Assembly: GCF_036588685.1 (NCBI RefSeq)
Contig: NC_086374.1
Location: forward strand, 47,678,001-47,742,000
Length of the DNA stretch: 64,000 nt
Reading direction: 5' to 3'
Origin: Mytilus trossulus
Taxonomy: Eukaryota
The position numbers were made by a program, and so were the translations under genes. The notes under the pieces are model-generated. The model did not search any database and was not told the origin of the DNA. It saw only the letters and a list, made by a program, of their open reading frames with translations. How positions within the stretch are numbered: position 1 is the first letter of the stretch; every line of letters begins with the position of its first letter. Below are positions 11,880-34,876 of the stretch, piece after piece.

Positions 11880-13172
11880 AACTAGAGGCTCTAAAGAGCA
11901 TGTGTCGCTCACCTTGGTCTCTGTGAATATTAAACTAAGAAAGAAGATGGATGCATGACAAAATTGTATTTTGGTGATGGTTTTGTGTTTTATACATCTT
12001 ACTTTACTGAACATTCTTCCTGCTTACAATTAACTCTATCTATAATGAACTTTGTCCAGTAGTTTCAGTGGAAAATGTTAGTAAAACTTTACAAATTTTA
12101 TGAAAATTTTATGAAAATTGACAATAAAGGACAATAACTCCTTAGGGGGTCAATTTACCATTTTGGTCATGTTGACTTACAATGTATTTGTATATCTTAA
12201 TTTGCTGAACATTATTGCTGTTTACAGTCTATCTCTATCTATAATAATATTTCAAGACAATAACCAAAAACAACAAAATTTCCTTAAAATTACCAATTCA
12301 GGGGCACTGAGCAACCCAACAACCGGTTGTCCGATTCATTTGAAAATTTCAGGGTAGATAGATCTTGACCTGATAAACAATTTTCCCCATGTCAGATTTG
12401 CTCTAAATGCTTTGGTTTTTTTAGTTATATGCCAAAAACTACATTTTAACCACATGTTCTATTTTTAGCCATGGTCGCCATCTTGGTTTGTTGGCCGAGT
12501 TACCGGACACATTTTTAAATCTAAATACCCAAATGATGATTATGGCCAAGTTTGGATTAATTTGGCCCAGTTGTTTCAGATGTGAGATTTTTCTAAAAGA
12601 TTACTGAGATTTACGAAAAATGGTTAAACATCGACTATAAAGGGCAATAACTCCTAATGAGGTCAACTGACCATTTTGGTCCTATTGACTTTTTTGCAAA
12701 TCTTACTTTGCTGAACATTTTTGCTGTTTACAGTTTATCTCTATCCATAATAATATTCAAGATAATATCCAAAAACAGCAAAATTTCCTTAAAATTACCA
12801 ATTCAGGGGCAGTAACCCAACAAAGGGTTGTCAAATTCATCAAAAAATTTCAGGGCAGATAGATCTTGACCTAATAAACAATTTAACTTGTGTCAGATTT
12901 GCTATTAATGCTTTGGTTTTTGAGTTATAAGCCAAAAACTGCATTTTACACCTATGTTCTATTTTTAGCCATGGCGGCCATCTTAATTGGTTGGCCAGGC
13001 ACACCAGACAAAACTTTTAAACTAGATACCTTGATAATGATTGTGGCCATGTTAGGTTAAATTTGGCCCAGTAGTTTTAGAGGAGAAGATTTTTGTAAAA
13101 GTAAATGCCGCATGCCGGACGCCAAGTGATGGGAAAAGCTCACTTGGCCCTTTGGGCCGGGTGAGCTAAAAA
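11880..13172 (+). mobile_element. Helentron-type non-autonomous element with two ~510-bp internal units
   Basis: Starts AACTAGAGGCTCTAAAGAGC..GCTCACC and ends with the stem-loop AGCTCACTTGGCCCTTTGGGCCGGGTGAGCT. An inverted relative lies at 48117-49494. Confidence 0.8.
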
Positions 13173-14871
13173 GAAGTTCAAACCTCACCATTTTTTTTTT
13201 ATATCTGTAAATCTTTAAAATGTGTCACTAATTTAAATTATTAATAAGCTAATATAAAAAAGATGTGGTATGGTTGCCAATGAGACAAATATCCACAAAA
13301 GACCAAAATGACACAAACATTAACAACTAAAGGTCACCATATGGCCTTCAAGCCCAGTGTATTAGGCTTTGAACTAGTTTCTAGTTTTGTGTCACTATAA
13401 GTAGTTGTCTTTTTCAACTGATTCTAGTTTGTTTTAACATTGTGCTGTTACATCATTATCTCAAGAAAGGGGAGGGTAAAGTACCCCAACATGTGTTAAA
13501 CCTGCCACATTCTGTATAAGCCTGTCTAGCTATTGATTTTTGTATATCAATTTTCTCCTGGTTAGTCTGAATAAAATCTGGTCACAGTCTTAAGTGTGTG
13601 AACCATGACAGCTGAAAATTTCAATGAAGGTCTATTGAAGTGTGTGAACTGCACATGTGTATAACTCAAATATCAGTCAGTGAGTTCAGATGCTTGACCA
13701 TTGGTTGAATTCATTCAATGTGTACTACTTGCTGTAAAAAGGTGCTGCTGTAGCATAATGTAATCATGATTTTAATACACAGTAGTTCTCTTTTTTTTTA
13801 TCCTACTGGTGTTGTTGACATTTCATTGTTAATTTTCGATTTTAAGCGACACTTGTCAAGGCAAAATAATCTAGATCTTAAAATATGGTGTACACATTTG
13901 CCATGGTTTAAGACAAGATATTTGTCTGTAGTTTATAGTACCAAACTCTTTAATAGATACCTCACAATATTTATTCATACTGGTAGGCTTTTGGAATAAC
14001 AATACCAGTTTTTCTGCACCAGACGCTCATTTCAACAATCAATATCTCTTCAGGGATGCTCAAGACCAAAATATTTGAAAATCTTTTTTTTTAAAAGATG
14101 AAAAGCTATAAACCAAAAAGTAATATAGAGTAGCCAAATAGATATAGGAAGATGTGGTGTGAGTGCCAATGAGACAACTCTCCATCCAAATAACAATTTA
14201 TAAAAGTAAACCATTATAGCATTAGGTCAATGTACGGCCTTCAACACAGAGCCTTGGCTCACACCAAACAACAAGCTATAAAGGGCCCCCAAATTACAAG
14301 CCAGGAAGCTGTTGTAATGAATCGCTTGCCTGAGTTAGCCATGTTTAGTAAAAACCTGATTTTAAACAATAATTTTACCATGTTATCAATTACAACTGGC
14401 TATGATTTATGATATTCAATGTTAATACCTTTTTGCTGTTAAATATTTCATATTACTTTGAGATGAACAGTTCAAGTTATAGCCACTAAATGAATGGCCT
14501 GAAATCACCATATAGCCTACAACAATAAGCAAAACCAATCACCATATGGTAAGCTACAAAAGGCCATCCAAGACCAAATTAATGTAAAATAATTCAAATA
14601 TGAAATTTTAAAATTTCTCATTTATATAAAAAATCCAAAAACACAACGAAATGATAACATGTAATTGTATACATCAATAAATTGTGGTGAAAACTTTAAA
14701 CAATGTTACAATGTCTTAACAACAGCTACATGTATTAACAAATAAGTGTACACAGAGGATCATAATATTTGAACAACAGTACAATGTTTTATTGGCAGCT
14801 ATTGACAAGTAAGTGTACACAAAATATCATAAACATTAAATTTTGAGGTATGTGTAATAAATATTTCAATT

Positions 14872-17800
14872 TCATTTATGTCCAGTTTCTAACAGCAAGC
14901 TTTCTAACAACACATGACTTTTATCTGTGATGTAAGGTTGGTGTAACCATGACGATGTATAAAACATCATGGTATTACGATCTTTTGCATGACAAATGTT
15001 CTTGTAAATCAGTTGTTTCAGTTTATATTCCTTTCTATACATTTCTGTCAGTTCTCTTACTGTAGAAACTAAAATATAAAATAGTAAAACTTGACAAACA
15101 ATTAATAAACTCTTTAATTTATTCTATAATACATAGATAAACAAAGGAAAAGTAAGCTTCCCACGTCACTCTCTCTCAGTCTGTTGACATTAAAGTTTTT
15201 GTATTATGAAGATAAAGTTTTTTGACAAAATAATTTTAGTTTAGGACTTATTTTTTTATCCATGTCTTCCTTGAACAGAATCCAGGTCACATATGAAATT
15301 TTTGTTAGTTTTGTTTGATATTTCAATTCCTTACAAGATTGTACTAGTTTTCATTAATTGCAATTCAAAGTCCAATGAAGTTACTTATCTTGACTAAGGT
15401 AATTCAAAATTTAAAAAACATAAAAAAAGAAAAGCCATATAAAATTCTTCATTAACGCATGAATTAAACTATAGTCTTTGGTGAGGTTCACTTAGTTCAC
15501 TTTTATAGTTTTGTGAATGTTACAGACTTATCATTACAAAATTTAAAGTAATATGACAATGCAACAAATCTTGTGGAAACCAGTGTAAAATTTGGTTGCA
15601 TTGTAGTAATATCCAGTTGAATTATCTCCCCATGAATTAAATAAAATTGTGCAAAGTTATTTTCCCTGACAACATTCCTATAGATTTTTTGATGAAATGA
15701 AGAGTTAACAATTATTATCGGAATTTAATATAGAGCATAAAACTTTATTTTTAAATTAATAGTTTATTTATCTAAACTGCTTTCAATTTGTTGACATTTT
15801 TTATTTTTTATTTCCTATAAAATGTCTGAAATAAAATGCATGCACAAAATGAGCATTTGTTAATGGGCAAGTCAAAGCAGAAATTTCTACTTATAAGTAA
15901 AATCCACCAAACAATATCAAAGCAACATTTTTACTAGATTTGTGAAAATAAATCTGTTATTTGTTGTTGTCAGAATTTCAAGCCTTCAACTAATATATAA
16001 AGATATCAAGTGGGATAACATCCCATCAATTATCTCCCTTATATCAATTCCATCAATTATCTCCCTCATATAATCCCATCAATTATCTCCCTTATATAAT
16101 CTCATTACTGTAGTCTCCCTTTTAATATTTACCGAATATATCAGGAGTCCAGGTTTGAAACAAAACCAAATCATCAGTTAGATGCTGCTGAAGTTTCATC
16201 ACACCCACAAACATAGCTGATGTTCCTGACAATTTCTTCACAATTTTCTCCTGCAAAAATATACAAAAAGACATTTTAAGATCATGGTTACTATACTGGT
16301 TGTGTTGAAACAGTGCAACATTAAAAAGAAGCTTCCACATAATCAGTTTATCCTGTAATTTGCATATGAATTGAAAAAAAATAAAGCTTCACCTATGTGT
16401 TCTATGTAAAAATTTCATTTGAATGTATTGAAAAACACCAATTTCTTGGTGACAAATAGACTTTTGTTATATTAACTTTTAACTTAGAAGTACATTTGTA
16501 CCGGTATATAACAAGTCACCTGATAAGACATACTGGTACTTCATGTACTTTGTTTAGTAAGGAGACAACTGAAAGAAGTAAAATCAAGAATAAATCCAGT
16601 GCAACTTGGAAAAAAATTAGCAGTTACCTATGATTGTGTCCTTTATATAGAAATTATCACAAGATTGATAGCTTAATTTTACGTCTTTTAGTTGCTCTTA
16701 CTTGACTGAGTACCAGAATATTCACCATTTTCTGAATAATACTCAGCAGTGAGGTACATTGTGCTTCTAATTCTTCAGGTATACTGCCATTTGGTAGGGT
16801 TTCATCTTTATTCTCCTTATAACTACATAACCAAAAACATTTACAATAATTATGACATGTATGTAGGAAAATACAATTTTAATTTGCCTGTTCAAAGTCA
16901 GGAATATGACAGTTGTTATCCATTCATTTGTTTGATGTGTTTGAGCTTTTTGTTTTGTAATTTTTTATTGGGAACTTTCCAGTTTGAATTTTCTTTGGAG
17001 TTAGTTTTTTTTTTTTGATGAGATGTGCATACATAAATTATATACAATCATTAAAACAAACTGTGCTTATTTTAGAATGGGTAGTATAGTACTTTCATTT
17101 CCTTTTCATTAAAGAGAATTTTGCTTTCTATATTTTTCTTTATATGGTCACATTTTTTTCAAGAAGTATTAGACAGTATTTAAACTGAATTGGACACTCC
17201 TACCTTTTTCCTAAAACTAACGAATAATAAAAATTATCAATCATTCTTAAACATAATAAGACTGGCTTTCCATTTATCAAATAGCAAGATCAGAATATCA
17301 GAATATGTACTTATGAATTTCAGAATAAAACCAAGGATTTGTATAATACATCATACAAATCCTTGATTTAATTGAATTTTTCAAAATGCATTACTGTAAA
17401 TTCAGAAATTATTGCGAGGTTTTTATTATTGCAAATAATGCGACAGAGTCGTAAACACAATGATTGAAACTCACATTTTGTAATATTTTAACTGAATAAA
17501 GCATGACATTTTCCAAAATCCTAAAAATCAAAATCGCATTTAAGGGGGTTCGCGGGTCTAAATCATTTATATGGGATTTCTCTATATTTTTCTATAAATG
17601 AACTTTATCTTATAGTTAATAGAAAAATAAAATAAAAAAGTGGGGTCACTGTTCGTTTGCGCTCACAATCTGCCTTCGAAAGAAGCATACATTTTTGTAA
17701 AGGTGTTTTTTTTCTGTTGAAGTAATAGGAGAAATGAAAGGTAATATCGAAAAAGCCAAAAAACTGGCATTTTTACACCAAAGGGAGATAATTTGGAACT

Positions 17801-20713
17801 TTTTCAATGATGTATACATTTTAAAAGTCATTTGGGGCCAACACGAATTGATTGTTTTGAATGATTTTGTACCATATGATAAAGTAACAACTACAAAAGG
17901 TAACAAATATAATTTGTAATGAAAAACAAGTGTTTAACATTTTTCTGAAATTTTTATACCCTGTGCCTCCTTATGTTAAAGTTGACAAAATCGCAATAAT
18001 AAATGCACGCAATAATTTCTGAATTTACAGTATATATTTTTTGGTATTAAAAGTGTACAGGAAATAAATTTTTGTTAAATTTAAAAATCTTACACATGTT
18101 GTAGCTTAATATTAGCTATGGTATCAATAATGTGCATTCCGTCTGAGTTAGCGTTCTTCCATTTTTGAATAAGATTGTACACATCTGCTACCCCATCTTT
18201 GATTTGTCTCTCACTTCCTGTTAAATTTCCACTTTTATTATGCTCTTTTACATTCCCTGTAAAAAAAAAAGAATAACATTATGCACATGCATTGTAACTG
18301 CCAACCCATTCACAGCAACTAAAATTACATGGGCTGCAATGTTGTCCATAACATGTATGAGACTACTATAACACACATTTGTAGAAGTCTCTGGTTATCA
18401 GGGTTGCTCCATAAACTTGGAAATTGCTCACCTAAAACTATTAACAATTAAAGCATCCCTTTATCAAGCTTAAGAGGAATTGCCTCTATACTGAAAGTGC
18501 TGTGTCCTTTGAAAGTTAAATAAGATTTGCACATAGCAGGAAGGGTGAAATAGGTTTGAATGATATTATCCACTAGTTTTAAATAAGCAATTTTGAGTTT
18601 TTGAAAGTCTAATAATACCCCCCAAAAACAAAGTTGTTGAAATGTTATTGGCCCGTCAGTCCTGTTCATCATTTCTTCTCTGAAACAACAAAACAGAAAT
18701 TAATGGACTTTTGTAGATACAAAGGACATACTACATGTATGTAGATGTGTTTATCAAATCAAATCAAATATTTTATTGTTTTATCATTGATAATAATGAC
18801 TAAATTCTTTCTTCTAGGAGTTATGCTTCTTTGAATAGTCAAGAGTAGCACTAAAATAAGTTCATGAAATTAGGGTGCCCGGGCCTGCATTTTGTGGGAA
18901 ACATTTGGTTGATTATATAGGATTCACTGAAACATGACTGGAGCAGAGATGGAGTGTAAAATCTTATAGCAGAAACCATTTGTAACCTTTATTGGTATAA
19001 TTATCAATGGATGAAAAAAACAGAGTATTTTGAATTCATAAGTAAATAACTAAACACATACAATCTGTATCATATTAATATAGAATGCATTTGACCTCAT
19101 GTTAAGAATGTGACTTGAATGGAGAATTTTCTCATCGGTGCATATACCACATCTTTTTATATCTATGATCATTATTTTATCTCAAACTGTGTTTTTTTGT
19201 TTTGTTTTTTCACTTGTTTGTAATGATTTTAAAATCGATTATCAATTTAATTGATTTTTTATTGTATATTCCTTTTTATCATACATTTAGTAGTAAATAC
19301 AGTAGTTTTGGATATTTTATAAATTGCCTGCTGTTTAATCCATATTGGGCAACTTTGATGCGCACCCTTTATGAAATTATCACACCCTTTATAACACCCC
19401 TACCCTTTATCGCACCTTTTTTTTTTTTATTTTACATTTACACTGTTTTGATTTATGCAAGCTTCTTCATAATTTTTTCTCCCTCAAAATGGGTCCTTAA
19501 TTAATGGTCATCTGGGTGCGACATCATTTATTGAATGATGTCATTGTTTGGAATGTGACGTCACAAACATTGAGTTTTCATATTTCTGAAACATGAAATG
19601 CAATTATAAAAAAAAGAACTCAATGAAATACTATACAAAACACACAAACAAACAAAATAAACAATTTTTTTTTCTAAAACAACAGTACAGAAATTGTAAG
19701 GTATCCCAGGTGCTTCGGATGAGTAATTGAGCAGTTCTATCAAACCTTTCAAAACAAGACAAAAGTAGAACTGAGGGTAATTCAGGTGCTTGGGATCAGG
19801 AAGCAGTACATATATATATACACTCTCCTGTTGAAATATATGATAAAGCATACATGATTAGTCCAAATAATTATGACGTCTTGAAAGGCTATTATAATTT
19901 TTTTCTTTGACGCCTTACTTCGACTTCATAACGCCAAACTCATATTTTCAGTTGGACTTTGGGAGGGAATTTAGGGGGTCTCATTGGGGGGTTCCGATCC
20001 CAGATCCTGCTTACTGTTTTGTCAGATTCCTGTATCCCGTTTACACTATGTACGTAAGCAATTCTTATTTTTTTGTCATTTCCCGTGTCCTGCAAGACCT
20101 CATTTCCTGTTTTCACGCCACAATAATTTGACTTTCACGTGTCACGCTTACAAAAAATCGGCAATCACGCGTCACACTTAAACCCCAATGAGACCCACAA
20201 TTTACTGCTTTATTAAAACGTCATGATATAAAACTTAGTTTATTTTGGCATCTTCAAAACCTTCTATAGTCAAAATAATTATGACGTCTGGTGAGGCTAT
20301 TTTTTTTTCTTTCTGGGACGCCGTCATAGGAAGGCGTCCCAGAAAAAAATAAAATAGCCTTGCCAGACGTCATAATTATTTGGAATTTTGGACTAGACCT
20401 TCTGGAGAAATGAAAAAAAAGTGCACGGCAAAATCCTGGTAAGTTTTTATTTTTCTAAAACATAAAACATACTTAAAATTCATTTATCTAGGGCATGCTA
20501 TGCCTGAAATTTGTTACAGATGCGCAGAGTAAATAATTTTTGAGGTGAATTTTAGCCATAAGGATGTGATGTAACTTGTCGAATTATTGTGTTGATATTA
20601 TATAACGATATATAAACAGATTGTGATCAAAAATAAAACCTAGAACTAGTATAAATTTTACTTTGACCATGCTTCTTCACTGGTGAAAATCTACTTTCAT
20701 TTTCATTCGTCAT
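14872..20713 (-). CDS. CINP: Cyclin-dependent kinase 2-interacting protein, 208 aa. Exons 20713-20662, 18256-18094, 16822-16726, 16250-16133, 15068-14872
   Basis: All introns are GT-AG and phase-consistent (52+163+97+118+197=627 nt). Translation: MTNENESRFSPVKKHGQRNVKEHNKSGNLTGSERQIKDGVADVYNLIQKW..IANIKL..PEELEAQC..LFQTWTPDIFVSTVRELTEMYRKEYKLKQLI..WLHQPYI..LLESLLLETGHK*. This matches CINP motifs as I recall them (IKDxxADxxNLIxKW, LFxTW, EMYRKE, WLHQPY, LESxLLETGH). Exon 1 is the least certain. Confidence 0.92.
16018..16122. repeat. ~26-bp minisatellite x4 (ATCCCATCAATTATCTCCCTTATATA) next to the CINP exon 4 donor
   Basis: Seen directly; the 4th copy is degenerate. Confidence 0.75.
17394..18030. 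mobile_element. Tc1/mariner-like MITE in CINP intron 2, with a nested Kolobok-like insertion at 17544-17970
   Basis: TA|CTGTAAATTCAGAAATTATTGCG ... CGCAATAATTTCTGAATTTACAG|TA (23-bp perfect TIR). Inner element TTAA|GGGGGTTCGCGGGT ... ACCCTGTGCCTCC|TTAT. Confidence 0.8.
19974..20198. mobile_element. 225-bp MITE with a 6-bp TSD in CINP intron 1
   Basis: GGGGGTCTCATTGGGG / CCCCAATGAGACCCAC, with AATTTA on both sides. Confidence 0.85.
20267..20395. mobile_element. Fold-back MITE of the TAGTC family
   Basis: Near-perfect hairpin TAGTCAAAATAATTATGACGTCTGG..GGGACGCC / GGCGTCCC..CCAGACGTCATAATTATTTGG..GACTA. The flanks AACCTTCTA and GACCTTCTG form an imperfect 9-bp TSD. Confidence 0.8.
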
Positions 20714-20995
20714 ATCAGGAACGATAACTCTAAAATAAATATTATAACTTGTATACATTAATATGATACCTTATTATGATGATATGTTATCTATGTCCTA
20801 TTATCTTTTTTTTTAACACAAATTGTGAACTTCAATATATCAATCGACTCTATAAAATATTTGGCAAAAGAATTTTTGTGACTAAAAAATAAAATGAAAT
20901 CAATTTTTTGTTTCAAGTATCAGTGATATAGGTTCACAAATTTATTTTCACATTCTACTTTCACTTTACACACAAAACCTACTTTCTCTTTCATC
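20714..20995. promoter_or_regulatory. Compact bidirectional promoter region between CINP and RBKS
   Basis: Divergent ATGs at 20713 (-) and 20996 (+) with 282 bp between them. No recognisable repeat lies inside, although both flanks are full of them. Confidence 0.65.
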
Positions 20996-30367
<9,372 letters not shown>

Positions 30368-32238
30368 AAAAAACCAATTATTATTGGTTTAATCAATTTA
30401 CAATATTATTTTCTCTGAAGCCCTTGCATAAAAAAGGGTTTTATTGGGCCGTTTAAAACAAACATGCCCAGCAATACAATCAAAACAAAAATTAAGTACT
30501 AGTATATGAATCTAATCGAACTCATTATTGCAACAAACGAATTAGTTGCACTTGTATTGGTCATTCCAAATCTGATGGCATTTGATAATATTCAAATATC
30601 TTGACAATGGTTGGGAATCAAACCTCTCAAACATATTTTTTAGTTTTTCATAAGTGTATTCATCTTGATTCCACCAACCCGGCCATTTAAGAATGTTTTA
30701 AAATTATTTTCAAAAAAATAAAACAACAAAAATATCGAACACCGAGGAAAATTCATAACTGAGAGTCCTTAATGAAATGTCAAAATGTCAAAAGCTCACA
30801 TTAAGCGAATGGATAAATTCTGTCTTAGTACAAGCATTTTCATATTAACATATTAAGGTGGCAATTTGGAGCATTACATCATGTTTAAACGTTTTTGTAA
30901 GTTGTTACATCGAAGGACATGCATATTGTTTACTAAAATTAATCTGTATGACACATTTTTTGTGTCAAGTCATGACAGATTATTAACATTATCATTTTCA
31001 TGCATCTCATACGCTTTTCTGTTTTACCCTTTATCTGTCACGCTCAAAACCAGAAATTTTGAAAACCAGGGATTTATAAATACGTTGAAAAGTAAGGAGC
31101 TGTATTACCAAATAGAGACATAAAAGTAATTTAAAAATCTACCAAAGGTAAGAGTTGCCCGAGAAAGTTAAAACCTTGGCTTCCCATAATGTATCGATCC
31201 ATTGCTAGTATTAAAAGGAAAATAACTCCCGTGAGTTCGACTCGCTCTCCTGGATTAATCTTCGTCAGGAAAGATTGAACCCAAAGAATTGAAAGCCATA
31301 GATGCACAAACATGAGACACGTTAGGTGCTTTATGACCAAAAGGGATCTAGCAATACTATACACGTAAGGAGCTATATGAATTTTACATCCATGGATGAA
31401 TTGAAGACAAACACTAGGTCTATAACGTTTGAAGTTTACTTTATTCTTAGGAAATGTTTAAAAATAGACAAATGTGTGTGTGTGTGTGGAGGGGGGGGGG
31501 GGGGGGGGTCATGTAAAAATTTAGCAGTATTAAGCTATCATCACTTACTCAGTTGGTTATACATGTTACATACATAAGACAACTTTTTCATTATAAACAC
31601 CAAGGATAACCAAGAATACAATGTTTTAGAATGAATTTCCTTGATCCCAACATTTATGTTCACCAAATGTATGTTTGACCTTTTTCTCACATTCAATGCA
31701 ATAAGAACAGAGGAAACCGACTATCAGTTCCGTCAGAATTGTTTTTTTTTATTTCCGCGTTTTAAATCACGTAATTTGTTTTTCAATTACTATTAGCGAT
31801 ATAAATAGTCAATTAGCACCAATCTTCACAACAATCTAGCCATTTTTTCATGAGAAAGAGTTAATTCAGTAAGATAATTTCATAAATTATATGTGGTGTC
31901 AACAAAAGTTCAAACTTTATCATCCTATGCAAAATTAAACACAACTATTTGAAATAAAAAAAAATGTTCGTATTATCTTAAATTTAGGTTAGTCTGGTTT
32001 TATCAGGTAGGAGACACGGAAGATGCATAATAGACTTATATCATATAGGCTTTGCTCACTGTTGAAGGCCGTACGGTGAACTTTAGTTGTTAATTTCTGT
32101 GTCATTTTGGTCTCTTGTGGACAGTTGTCTCATTGGCAATCATACCACAACTTCTTTTTTTATATTTAGCTAAAACTGTCACAATCCTGACTTAGTACAG
32201 GACAACCTCCTGGTAATACCAATATCGCTAAAAAGACA

Positions 32239-32706
32239 ACACTACGTGACAGTATTACTGTACAATCAGCCAAAAGAACACTACGTGACAGTATTACAGT
32301 ACAATCAGACACAAGAACACTACGTGACAGTATTACAGTACAATCAGACACAAGAACACTACGTGACAGTATTACAGTACAATCAGACACAAGAACACTA
32401 CGTGACAGTATTACAGTACAATCAGACACAAGAACACTACGTGACAGTATTACAGTACAATCAGACACAAGAACACTACGTGACAGTATTACAGTACAAT
32501 CAGACACAAGAACACTACGTGACAGTATTATAGTACAATCAGACACAAGAACACTACGTGACAGTATTATAGTACAATCAGACACAAGAACACTACGTGA
32601 CAGTATTATAGTACAATCAGACACAAGAACACTACGTGACAGTATTACAGTACAATCAGACACAAGAACACTACGTGACAGTATTACAGTACAATCAGAC
32701 ACAAGA
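32239..32706. repeat. 39-bp minisatellite x12 (ACACTACGTGACAGTATTACAGTACAATCAGACACAAGA)
   Basis: 12 head-to-tail units with no spacers. Unit 1 is divergent and units 8-10 share one C>T variant. Confidence 0.97.
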
Positions 32707-34876
32707 ACACTCAGTACAGAGAAACGCATATATATTGAATAAATAATATAATGGTACATAACAACATGTAAACCGCAAAATAACAACGCACATCTTCCAT
32801 TCATGACAGTACAGGGCACTACTAACAGTGACCCTTTTTTTGTGATGGATATATAATTTTGATACAAATACATGGAACAAGATACAAATAAATCACAATG
32901 AATTTTACAATGCTAGTTCAATAATTATGATTATAACGGTTTTAAAAGGCTATTTAAGATAAATGTTGTGACGACGTCATAATAATTTATTCATTGAAAT
33001 TGAAAATTAAGTGGACAAATAAGACATATGTAAAATGTATCGAATATACATCATTCAACCGAACCCACAAAAGAAACATCAGAACCAAATACGTGCATGT
33101 TGGAGTTGGATGTATAAATAACATAACATGGTAATGCAAATTCATACTCAGCAAACCAGTTATATTAGAGACGGGTATTTTTACAATGCAGATAGGAAAA
33201 AGCCAATAGAAACCGTATAATTGATGATAAATATCATATCATATGCAGAAGGTTGCAACTATAATGCTATGAGAATAAACTATATTGAAAAATATCATTG
33301 GCAAAAGCATCAACTTTTGAACTTGCCAGATGTTATCATTTCACAATAATGCAAAATAACTTAATGATTAAGGTGAATAATTTAAAATATTTGTTCAATA
33401 TCGAACAAATCCGTAATATGTAATTATCATGGTTAATCTCTTATTTATCATATGATTATAGGCATTTGCCACGCTGTGTGTTTATCTTGAATACGTATTG
33501 ATATTAATATGATACTGATGCACTGAAATGTTCATGTAAAAATGTCCTTTTTATATATAAGATGTATCGCATTGAAATAAAGTTTTATCACATTTTTTTT
33601 ATAGTACATGTTGGATAGTCATGACTTTACTTGTGTTCCTTTATTAACTATAAGCTAATGCTTTGCATTAGTTTTATTCTGATAATGAAAGTATTTTTTT
33701 AGTCGAGACAATTGACCGACATCATTAATTAAAAAAGTGTAAAATAGAGTTGAGAAAATTGTGTGAAAAAAAATGTTGTTCTGATATTTTTCTTATAAAA
33801 TATTTTGTTAACTTAGGAAAGTTAGAAGACGGTTTGCCAAATTTGAATACGTTAACAATGAATCAATGGGGCATAAGCTATCAAATTCGTGTTCACCTAT
33901 TTGACTACAATTCTCATACTTGATTAATAACGAGTTAAAACGTAAATCCAAATTATAAAAAAAGTCTACAATAAAAATGTAACAATACGTAGGGTCTATA
34001 ATATCAGCACGGATTTATTGTGTATTTCAGTCTAGACACCATCTTATTAACTATTGAGGTGATTCCGAAAACAACCGACTGTTATATAACCCGATATAAA
34101 TACAAAATAACGATAGCAATATATAGCAAACTCGTGCAATTGTTTTTTTTCTAGGTTTGATTGATTTATTATACAATTAAAGATATACGTAAATCATCGT
34201 TTTTACCTGTATGCGAAAGCGTTGTGGATCTGATCAGTCAATCAAATGGTCAACCCTTGTTTTCACTTTCAATGTTGACTTTCTTTTCCTTTTGATAAAT
34301 GGAAACGCTTAATTCATGCTGAACCTATCTTTACCTAAGGGGTTAAATTGTAGGTCATATGGATACAAATTCAAGTGAATAATTAATAAACGATATTTCT
34401 TATCTTATTTTGTCAAAACTGAACCAAAATGGCTTCTCAAAGCGAGTAATTATTTCACTATTTCACTTTTTATCAATGATTTCTTTTTAAATATATCTTG
34501 AAGCTAATACTCTTTAAGATAAAACCTGAAATTTTTACCGCTGAAACTCAATCTGAAGATGAATACTATTTATTTGAAGTAAGGCAAATGAAATATGATA
34601 CTATCATGATGAAGAGATATATATTAAAGACTCATGTTTCTACATATTATAGGTTGGAGATCAATCAAACTTATTTCTCGTGTTAAAACATAAAACCAAA
34701 CAATCATAGTCATCAGCGGTCAATGTTTCCTTAAAGATGTCAACCGCAAACGGTGTTTTTCTTTTTAATCTTTTTATAATAATTGAGCATCGGTAAACTA
34801 ATTTTCCCTAAACTTTCATTCATACTTGTTTTACCTTGATGGCATTAAAGAGCGCTTGATGATCTTTTGATTTTTT

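Noticed and set aside
14946-14973. Small hairpin ACCATGA..TCATGGT resembling a mini-MITE
   Set aside because: It lies in frame inside CINP exon 5 (NTMMFYTSSW) without disrupting the protein, so it is treated as chance
32239-32706. CRISPR-like array
   Set aside because: Units are contiguous with no unique spacers, there are no cas genes, and the context is eukaryotic
32166-32873. 235-aa ORF with a SRSVLVSDCTVIL repeat (and the 95-aa ORF on the + strand)
   Set aside because: It is a by-product of a 39-bp unit (a multiple of 3) lacking stops in those frames. The ORF ends run into an interspersed repeat and AT-rich DNA, with no splice or domain support.
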